NCBI GenBank assembly: GCA_963674755.2
Contig: CAXXVS010000001.1
Location: 192,001 to 256,000 of the forward strand
Origin: Desulfobacterales bacterium
GTDB taxonomy: Bacteria > Desulfobacterota > Desulfobacteria > Desulfobacterales > UBA5852
Direction: 5' to 3'
DNA: 64,000 nt
In this document: one piece after another, positions 10,511 through 17,915 of the stretch
Numbering within the stretch: position 1 is the first letter of the stretch
Layout: each line of letters opens with the position of its first letter
The notes under the pieces: generated by a model
Database searches by the model: none
Told to the model about the DNA's origin: nothing
What the model saw: only the letters and a program-made list of their open reading frames with translations
Program-made: the position numbers and the translations under genes

Positions 10511-10549
10511 ATATCACCCCGGGAATCCCCGGGGCTCATAAAATGCTAA

Positions 10550-10927
10550 CCATTCATCCCGGTGGTGCATTGTTTTCTGTCCGACGGCACGCGGCGGGTG
10601 GACCTCACGGAAGGCAACCGTAACGGCAAGAACGGCCCCATCGACACCCTTCTGTTTACCGCCCGGGTTTCTCCGGACATCTCCGAGAAAGAAGAATACC
10701 GGCTCTATCGCCAGGCACTTACAAGCCATGGCCTGCGCCGGAACGACATGGCCGGTATCGACCTCAAAACCATCCTGAAGGCCCGCGAAGGGGCGCTTGC
10801 CCTGCTCAAGGTCAATATGGAGCGAGCAGCAGGCCGAAACCATCTGATCGGTTTTCCCGGCGCTAGGGGGCATGCCGGACCGGCCGTGCAACGGGGCTTT
10901 ATCAGGAGGGGGCTACGGCCGACTTAA
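10550..10927 (+). pseudogene. 3' remnant of a hypothetical protein gene
   Basis: Protein-like PFIPVVHCFL..RVDLTEGN.NGKN frame, preceded by an in-frame stop with no RBS; 3' end overlaps the rSAM gene. Confidence 0.45.
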
Positions 10928-12317
10928 CCTCCGTTACGAGTTCGCTAAAATTTAGGGCGATGTCGCGCTCCCGCTCCAGCCGTTTCATGTAGTAGTAAAC
11001 CGCCAGGCTTTCGTCCGGATGGGATTTCCAGGGATGGCAGTGCAGGCGGCCGGTCTGATGATAGAGGTAGGGGCAGCCGCCCATGCAGGTCGGCAGCAGT
11101 CGGCAGTCCGCGCATTCCAACCGGAAAATGTCGCGCGGGCGCCAGTTTTTCGCATTTCGGCGCATGCGGTTGTCTTCGGCCTGGATCAGGTGCCCCACGG
11201 CGGCTGACGCATCGGAGGCCTCGTTCCAGCATTTGAGAAGCCGGCCGTGCGGCGTGACCACAAAGGCATTGGCCTTTTCGGCCATGCAGTAAGTACTGAT
11301 GGCCCGGGGAGCGCGGTAGGCTGGGAACCCCTGATCGATAAATTTAAGCGTTGTTTCCAGTTCGAGCAGGGAGAAGTCCGCATCCGCCAGGCAATCGCCG
11401 GCCACGTCCAGGCAGACGCCGGTGTACGGGTAGGTCCGTCCGAGGTACGGGTGCACCGCACCGGTCAATCCCTTGTGCGCCACTTGCTGGAGAATGTCGG
11501 GGATGGCCTCGCGGTTGGTCTGGTCCACATTGATGCGCAGGTTGATGGGCACCAGGGGCGCGGCGGCTTCCATATTGGCCAGGATGGCATCGAAGGTGCC
11601 GCTTCCATCGGCCAAGGGCCGCCGTTGGTCGTGAACGGCCGGCGGACCGTCGAGGGTGACCTGGGCATGGTTGACCCGACAGGCCTTGAGCCGCTCGGCC
11701 ATGGGACGATCCAGCAGGTATCCGTTGGTGATGATGTGGGATGCATAGCGGGCCTTGTGTTGATCACATATCCGCCGAAAGGCGGCGGTGAGCCATTCGA
11801 TACGGTTGATCTGCAGCAACGGTTCACCGCCGAACCAGGTGACGGAGAGGGTACCGCCTTCGCCCAACCGTTTTTCGATAAAATGCAGCAGGGCGTCCTC
11901 GACCGCGGGACCTATGGTGGCGGACTGATGCTCCTGGTAGCAGTAGCGACAGCGGAAATTGCAGGCCAGGGTCGGGATAATGGTCAGGCTGAGATGACGG
12001 TTGGCTTGCCGGGCCCGGGTTTGCCCGTTTCGCAGGTAGTCTTTTTCTTGCACCCCGACAGGAATCAGAAACCCCTTTTCCAGGAGTTGTTGATGGAGTC
12101 CATGGAATCGGGGGACAATTGCTATGGCAGGGGCATCCAGCAGCGCTGCGGCCTGCCGTGCTTCGGATGCATCCAGGGCCATCAGGTTCAGGGTAAAGAA
12201 GTTGAAGAAGAGAACCGTGCCATCCGGCAGGGCGGTGCGAAAATTATAGGCCGATGGTTTCAGATGACGGCCGGCGTTTGTTTCGGGCGGCGCTTCGATG
12301 GTGGACCTCCCCCCCAA
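10902..12317 (-). CDS. Radical SAM/SPASM-domain peptide/protein maturase with putative N-terminal RRE
   Basis: CNFRCRYC (CX3CX2C); WFGGEPLL; ITNGYLL; QVTLDG; SPASM Cys C..KCW..CADCRLLPTCMGGCP..C; ~90 aa N-terminal extension (KPSAYN...L.EKGFLI). Confidence 0.92.
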   Translation of the reverse strand: MGGRSTIEAPPETNAGRHLKPSAYNFRTALPDGTVLFFNFFTLNLMALDASEARQAAALLDAPAIAIVPRFHGLHQQLLEKGFLIPVGVQEKDYLRNGQTRARQANRHLSLTIIPTLACNFRCRYCYQEHQSATIGPAVEDALLHFIEKRLGEGGTLSVTWFGGEPLLQINRIEWLTAAFRRICDQHKARYASHIITNGYLLDRPMAERLKACRVNHAQVTLDGPPAVHDQRRPLADGSGTFDAILANMEAAAPLVPINLRINVDQTNREAIPDILQQVAHKGLTGAVHPYLGRTYPYTGVCLDVAGDCLADADFSLLELETTLKFIDQGFPAYRAPRAISTYCMAEKANAFVVTPHGRLLKCWNEASDASAAVGHLIQAEDNRMRRNAKNWRPRDIFRLECADCRLLPTCMGGCPYLYHQTGRLHCHPWKSHPDESLAVYYYMKRLERERDIALNFSELVTEVKSAVAPS

Positions 12318-12341
12318 AGAATTTCCGGGTTGGGGGCCCGA

Positions 12342-13103
12342 TCAATTGGTTTTAGGTTGTACATTGAGCGTCTTCGGCTGGACGGGCTTCCCGCCCATTA
12401 CCTGCTGGGGGGTGATGAAGCGTTTCTGGCGGAGCATGTTCTGCACCTGGAGACCCAATTGCTGGGTGTTGGTGGTGTGGAAATGCTCCATCAGGCCCTG
12501 GACATAGGGGTCGTTGCGGAATTGATTCAACAGGCCGGTTATGTCCGCCTTATTTTTGGCGCAGCCGCTGAGTTCCGGGCATGATTGCGACGTGCACTCA
12601 TTGTCACCGCAGGTATCAAGATTGCCGCATTCCTGACCGTTGCAGTCGTTCGTGCGGCATTCTCCGCCGGTCGTCCCCCCTTCGTCACCATAATCCTGCC
12701 CACTGCAAACATTGGTGGCGCAGGTATCCAAGGCCGGGCACGAATCACCGCCAAAGGCGCCGCAAATGGAAAATTGAGGACAACTGCTGGCGGCATTCGC
12801 ACCGGTGACGCCGCCCAGGGAATGGACGGCGCAACCCATACCCCGGGTGGCACCGGGTATCCCCATGCGGGCGGCCGGCTTCAAAGGGGTAATCCGTCCG
12901 AATTGGCTTTGAAAGACCTTGAGGTCGAAGCCGGACAACTGGACCTTGAGCATTTTTAATTTTGTTTGAGCGCTTTTGGGCAGGGTCCCGGCCTCGGCCG
13001 AGAGCAGGCGCCGGAGATCCAATACGCTGATGCCTGCGGCCAGGGCCACAGTTTTTAAAATATGGTTCAGGGCTTTGCGGCGGTCCATATTCTCGGTGAG
13101 CAT
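12342..13103 (-). CDS. Tat-signal, Cys-rich repeat protein; putative rSAM substrate
   Basis: MDRRKAL twin-Arg signal ending SAEA; 13 Cys in residues 91-181; directly upstream of the rSAM/SPASM gene. Confidence 0.8.
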   Translation of the reverse strand: MLTENMDRRKALNHILKTVALAAGISVLDLRRLLSAEAGTLPKSAQTKLKMLKVQLSGFDLKVFQSQFGRITPLKPAARMGIPGATRGMGCAVHSLGGVTGANAASSCPQFSICGAFGGDSCPALDTCATNVCSGQDYGDEGGTTGGECRTNDCNGQECGNLDTCGDNECTSQSCPELSGCAKNKADITGLLNQFRNDPYVQGLMEHFHTTNTQQLGLQVQNMLRQKRFITPQQVMGGKPVQPKTLNVQPKTN

Positions 13104-13196
13104 TGGTCATTTCCTTTCTTTTGTGCGGCAAGAATGATGATAGTCAGGTGCTTACCGTCAAGACATCCTTTCGATCTATTTCCCAAGAGCCATGGC

Positions 13197-14969
13197 CTAT
13201 TTGCGAAGCCTTGTGGCACTGAAAATTCCCAGCATGATGAAGATGGCAGAAAAAATATACGGCACGATAGTGAACCCGGTCCCGCCCGGGACCAGCACGG
13301 CCTGTTTGGGTCTGTCGGGATTGTAGTAGACTTGGACGGGTTTGCCTTTCGGGTAGCGGGCAACGATCTGTTGGGCATTGCCGGAGGATGACGAAAATGA
13401 AATTCGGGTATTTTTGTGGCTTTGCCCTCCAACCTGGTATTGATAGGCGATTTTGGGGTATTGCACCGCCTCGGTTTTTTTGCTGCCGTCACTGCCGGCC
13501 GTGCTATCGTGCGCCTCGATTTCTGATCGAACAATGACGCCCTCAGCCGTCGGCCACGTTTTGCTTTCCATGCGGGTTGCATAGGCGTTGTAGCTGAACA
13601 GGGCGATAACGATGCCGATGGCCGGGAAGATGACAGCCCCGGCAAGTTTTTCAGTGGCGGGGGCCATAAACCCGCCGATCAGGAAGAAAACCCCGAACCC
13701 CAGAATGATCAGGCCTGCCAGAACCGCATCCATAAGCAAAGTCACCACACAAATCAGTATGAGTAAAACTCCGGCAATCCGTTTCAACCACCGCTTGGCC
13801 GTTTGGATTTTGGGCGCCATGGCGCCGTCGGCTTTACTGACGAATTCTTTGAAAAGCGCCTTTGTCTCGTCTTCCGAGTAACGCTTCGGCCTTGCGGGAT
13901 CGGAGAAAGTCGGGGGGGCGGCTTCCTTGTTGGGTGTGGAATCGGCCAAAGCGGCATTGGCCGCCGCTACGCTTCCGGGTGCCGACGGACTTGGTTGGGT
14001 CCAGATCCGGGTGTTCATATTCAAATCGTCAACGAGGTCTATGGCCAGCTTCAGGTCGTTGTAATATTCCTGGACGTGGGCGATGTTGAGCAGGCTCTCC
14101 ATGATTTTGGGTTCGAACAACTCTTTTTCGAACGGAATGGCCACATGCAGTTTGGACGCGGAAAAGGAAAGCCGCATGTCTTTGCGGCTGCGGGTGCGAA
14201 ATTCAACGATGCGGCGCATCAGGCTGGTGGAAAGAATATAGCGGGCTTCCACCTGATCCTCGCCGTAGACCACAAATAATTTTTCGAATTCCGGGTCCTC
14301 CATTTTGACCAGTTGGCCGTTCGGAACGTTGAGGGCCTGAAGGGCCTGTCCTAAATCGCCGAACAGTTTCTGGGCCGTGTCCGGCAGGACAATGGTCGTC
14401 CCCTTGAAGGCTTTGTTGAAATCCGCCACAAAAAAGAGGCCTCTGAAAATGGGCGTGTATCTTTTTTTGGTTCGGTGGGTGTTGCTGGCACTTGAACTTT
14501 GCCGGATGATGTCCACCCGCTTGGCGTGAATCTCCGAGAATTGGACGGCGGTCTCTCCCAAGGTGCCGCTTACCAGGTCGTCCCCCCCATACTCACCGGG
14601 GCGGTCCTTGAACAAATGGCTGGCAATGAAATCTTCTTTGGGCACCCTCCCGGCCTTGTCGTATCGTAAGCGCTGATCGACAAAGGCGACGATCCTGGGG
14701 ATAATGGTTTCCTTGAAGCCGGCATGATAGTCCCGGTAATATTTAATGTGCCACGGGAAAAACGTAAAAATGGCGGAGACAATCAGAAACATGAGCAGGA
14801 AGATGGCATTGAGGCCGAATTGGCCGGCAATGAACAGAAAGACCAGATTGACACCCACCAGAAGACATATCGCCTGAATCAATTTTTTCTTTACGGTTAG
14901 CCGCTGGGCCTCCAGCTTCTCCAAATCCGGCAACAGATCGGATTGATAAAATGTTTCCAGCGATTTCAT
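13197..14969 (-). CDS. Membrane protein, DUF3137-like domain fused to a DUF3592-like domain
   Basis: F.GLF..ADFNK.F.G.T; EDPEFEK.F.VY..DQVEARYILS; C-terminal W.T..G.I...YQY.V.G...V.VYYNP..P..AVL. Confidence 0.8.
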   Translation of the reverse strand: MKSLETFYQSDLLPDLEKLEAQRLTVKKKLIQAICLLVGVNLVFLFIAGQFGLNAIFLLMFLIVSAIFTFFPWHIKYYRDYHAGFKETIIPRIVAFVDQRLRYDKAGRVPKEDFIASHLFKDRPGEYGGDDLVSGTLGETAVQFSEIHAKRVDIIRQSSSASNTHRTKKRYTPIFRGLFFVADFNKAFKGTTIVLPDTAQKLFGDLGQALQALNVPNGQLVKMEDPEFEKLFVVYGEDQVEARYILSTSLMRRIVEFRTRSRKDMRLSFSASKLHVAIPFEKELFEPKIMESLLNIAHVQEYYNDLKLAIDLVDDLNMNTRIWTQPSPSAPGSVAAANAALADSTPNKEAAPPTFSDPARPKRYSEDETKALFKEFVSKADGAMAPKIQTAKRWLKRIAGVLLILICVVTLLMDAVLAGLIILGFGVFFLIGGFMAPATEKLAGAVIFPAIGIVIALFSYNAYATRMESKTWPTAEGVIVRSEIEAHDSTAGSDGSKKTEAVQYPKIAYQYQVGGQSHKNTRISFSSSSGNAQQIVARYPKGKPVQVYYNPDRPKQAVLVPGGTGFTIVPYIFSAIFIMLGIFSATRLRK

Positions 14970-15028
14970 GATTACTCCCTTTCCGGACGCCATGCTTTCC
15001 AAGACAGGTTGAGATGGGGTTTTCCTAT

Positions 15029-15586
15029 TCAGGTCTCAAAGAGTCGGCCGACATCGACGGGTTGTCCCTCCCGGGCGTCAATTTCGAAAAACACCTTTTG
15101 CTGGTATCGCATCAGACCGGCCACCAGATTGCTGGGAAACATTTCCAGCGCATTGTTGTAGTCTTTCACGGAAGCGTTGTAGGCTCGGCGGGCCGCTGAA
15201 ATTTGTTCCTCCACTTCGTTCAGGGAAGCCTGCAGGTTCAGAAAGTTTTCGCTGGCCTTGAGATCCGGGTAGTTTTCCACGGCCACCATGATCCGGCCCA
15301 GGGCGCTGGATACGGTTTTATCCAGTGCCACGGTTTCGGCCTCGCTCATCTGACCGGAGGTCGCCTTGGTGCGCATGTCGGTCACCTGGGTGAGGACATC
15401 CGCTTCGTGCTTCATGTAGCGCTTCACCATTGCGGTCAGGTTCGGTATGAGATCGAAGCGCTTCTTGAGCAGCACATCTATGCTGGAAAAGGCGTTGGCC
15501 ACCTGGTTTTTCTTGCCCACCAGATTGTTGTAGAGCAAAACAAGAACGAGTACGATCACACAGGCAATGACGATGGCGATAATCAC
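15029..15586 (-). CDS. lemA: LemA family protein
   Basis: YN.LV..KN.V.NA.S.IDV.LKKR.DLIPNL; ENYPDLKA..NF..LQ; ISAARR.YN; FPSN. Confidence 0.95.
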   Translation of the reverse strand: MIIAIVIACVIVLVLVLLYNNLVGKKNQVANAFSSIDVLLKKRFDLIPNLTAMVKRYMKHEADVLTQVTDMRTKATSGQMSEAETVALDKTVSSALGRIMVAVENYPDLKASENFLNLQASLNEVEEQISAARRAYNASVKDYNNALEMFPSNLVAGLMRYQQKVFFEIDAREGQPVDVGRLFET

Positions 15587-15598
15587 AGTTTTCCTCCT

Positions 15599-16201
15599 CT
15601 ATTTAAAAATATCGTTGAAGAGGCTGCGCACGCCCTTGCGGACTTCCTGGATGGTGCTGTCCTTGGCTTCCTCCCGGGCGGCCTGGCCCACATCCTTAGC
15701 GTCATCGGTAACCGCTTCTCCAACCGCCGAGGGCTCCGTTTGCTTCTGGGGCGAGTTGGATGACGATGATGCGCTGGCCTGGCCACTGCAATTGCCGATC
15801 CGCCCGCCGGTGATGTGATTGGTGACCTGCATGTTGCTGCCTGCGATCGCCATGTGCATGGAACCTTCCATGGAATCACCATGATAGGTCACCTCGCCGG
15901 TACCCTCCATCTGACCGCCCTTGCCGCCGCAGACGATTTTCCATGAGATCGTGTCGCCGTTGGTGACAATGTCCGACACCTGGCATTCCTGAGAGGCGCC
16001 TTGACTCATGGGAACCAGATCGTCATTGGTGATGCACTGGGTATGGGTTTCGGGCGGTATCTGCATGTTGGCGGCACCCTGCATTTCAGTTTCGGTGGTA
16101 AATTCCCATTGGCCAGGATTGAGATTTGGTCCGGCCGTGGCAGTGCCGATCGCAAGGAGAATTGACAGCAGCAAAGCGTTCATAAGGTAGCATGTTTTCA
16201 T
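15599..16201 (-). CDS. Secreted DUF3617-like protein
   Basis: Signal peptide; PG.WE.T; TQCIT; C...D....GDTISW...C; G.RIG.C. Confidence 0.8.
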   Translation of the reverse strand: MKTCYLMNALLLSILLAIGTATAGPNLNPGQWEFTTETEMQGAANMQIPPETHTQCITNDDLVPMSQGASQECQVSDIVTNGDTISWKIVCGGKGGQMEGTGEVTYHGDSMEGSMHMAIAGSNMQVTNHITGGRIGNCSGQASASSSSNSPQKQTEPSAVGEAVTDDAKDVGQAAREEAKDSTIQEVRKGVRSLFNDIFK

Positions 16202-16226
16202 AGGGACCTCCTTCTGTAGTGAAGAA

Positions 16227-16598
16227 TTATTTACAGACATCCAGTTTGCAGGTTCTTTTGATGTCCTGCTTTTTTATGCGATCGCACAGTTTGCAATCTT
16301 TTTGCAGGAGGGCCAGCCGGTAATAGCACCATCCGTGGACGCCGTCGGCCTTGGGCCAGTAGGTGAGAATATTTTCGCACAGGTCCGGATCGCCGATTTT
16401 TTCAACTTCCTCCTGGTAACACCACGGTCCTGGTCTGTCCGTCTGGGATTGACACATGGCATAAATCGGGTCCTCTTCGGCATGAAATGTCGTTGCCGCC
16501 GCGAGAACCACTAGTATGGCAAGCGCCAGACAGATCCAGCCTGTTCTTCCGAGATTTGAAAACCCATTATGCACTTTTTGTTTAGGCATTTTCCCCAC
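16227..16598 (-). CDS. Small exported protein with 8 mature-region Cys and a tandem WCY repeat
   Basis: Signal/anchor helix; WCY-x9-D-x2-LC-x2-I occurs twice; GTG start after GGAG. Confidence 0.7.
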   Translation of the reverse strand: MGKMPKQKVHNGFSNLGRTGWICLALAILVVLAAATTFHAEEDPIYAMCQSQTDRPGPWCYQEEVEKIGDPDLCENILTYWPKADGVHGWCYYRLALLQKDCKLCDRIKKQDIKRTCKLDVCK

Positions 16599-16693
16599 AT
16601 TGCTCCTTTTTTTTTTGGTTTTCCCCCGGTGTACCACCCCGCGTGGTCATCCCGGCGGCGGCCGGAAGTTTCACAAAAAGTTCAGCTTGTCTC

Positions 16694-17191
16694 CTAATAC
16701 TTCCCACTTGGCGTATTGCTGGCCGGCTTGGGAGTAATTGGGTCCATGGGCTTGGGGTAAGCCGGGTCCAAGGGCTTGGGGGTCTGCTGGGTTGTGGGCG
16801 TGAGCAAGCGTTTCAAGGTATCGGTATCGTTCCGATCGGGCCGCCCGCTGCTGTCGGTAAAGCGGGTGTGCGTTTTCACCACAAGCGCGTTGCCGGACAG
16901 GCTGATGGTGAGATCGCGCACACAGGAACTATTTTTATAGCAGGTCGCGAGGTGGCCATCCGTATAGGTGCTGGCCGGTTCCCATCCCCAGTCGTAATCC
17001 TTTTTGGGGCGAAGTGGACCCCAGGCATGGACGTGGGCTTTGGAATCAACGACACTGATCTCGATTTTGGTGATGGCTTGGGGGACGGAAGCGAGGTTGA
17101 TCCAGTTGCCGTTGTACAGGTTAAAGTTGGCGGCGAAAAGGGGGCCCGCCATCACGAATAGAATTGTTGCGGTGCTTACGAGATGCCTCAT
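16694..17191 (-). CDS. Secreted hypothetical protein
   Basis: Signal peptide (LFA|A); G.W.N...ITK.EI...VHAWG...DWG beta-rich domain; Pro-rich tail. Confidence 0.75.
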   Translation of the reverse strand: MRHLVSTATILFVMAGPLFAANFNLYNGNWINLASVPQAITKIEISVVDSKAHVHAWGPLRPKKDYDWGWEPASTYTDGHLATCYKNSSCVRDLTISLSGNALVVKTHTRFTDSSGRPDRNDTDTLKRLLTPTTQQTPKPLDPAYPKPMDPITPKPASNTPSGKY

Positions 17192-17243
17192 GCTTTTCTC
17201 CCTTCTCGCTGAATTTTAAACTATTGTCGGATTACACGTACGG

Positions 17244-17903
17244 TTACCATGAAGCGACACAGCGATTGTTCCCGCGGTGACGATTGGCTTCATGGAAGGT
17301 GTTATCGGGATCGACATCAACGATGAGTTTGACGTATTGAATCGTGCCGACTTTAAGGCCGTACTCCATTCGTGGAGACAAAACGACCCAATGGCGCTGG
17401 TCAATAGCGGTGCCATCGTTTTTGGCTGATATGACTTCTTGTTCAATCAGGGTGTTATTTTCCCTGTTGACCAACTCGATTCTGATAGGGATTTGTTTGC
17501 CTGGTTCAATGGGTTTTGTGCCGTTGTTTTTCAATGCAACGTTGAAGGAGAGTATCGTGAGCGTGTGCTTACCGACCGTTGTGATGGTGCGGTTGACAAC
17601 CTTTGTATCGTGCAGCTTTGCGGCGAGATCATATTCAGGTATATCCAATTTTTTGACGGGCGGTTTATCGACCTGCTGGTATTCCTTCGCGGGCGCCCCC
17701 GATGGCAAGGGCACGGTCTTGGTTGTTTCCCCTGGGAGAACTTTTCCCGCGGGGACAGTGGTTGTTTTCCCAGAGATGGGTTTGTCTGTGACGGTTTGGC
17801 TTGCCGCCAGGGCGGAGGAGACGATTACGCCGTTCAACAGGAAAAGCAACCCCGCCAGCGCGACCACGGGAAAATACTGCTTGATTAAAGATGGGTTGGA
17901 CAT
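17244..17903 (-). CDS. Secreted protein with C-terminal CARDB/Ig-like domain
   Basis: Signal peptide; DL...V.LKN.G...VD.DN...E.N..NN. Confidence 0.7.
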   Translation of the reverse strand: MSNPSLIKQYFPVVALAGLLFLLNGVIVSSALAASQTVTDKPISGKTTTVPAGKVLPGETTKTVPLPSGAPAKEYQQVDKPPVKKLDIPEYDLAAKLHDTKVVNRTITTVGKHTLTILSFNVALKNNGTKPIEPGKQIPIRIELVNRENNTLIEQEVISAKNDGTAIDQRHWVVLSPRMEYGLKVGTIQYVKLIVDVDPDNTFHEANRHRGNNRCVASW

Positions 17904-17915
17904 GGTTTCCTCCTA

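Noticed and set aside
12561..12833. Multiheme cytochrome or ferredoxin interpretation of the Cys-rich Tat protein
   Set aside because: No CxxCH or CxxCxxCxxxC motifs; Cys spacing is mostly CX4C/CX5C.
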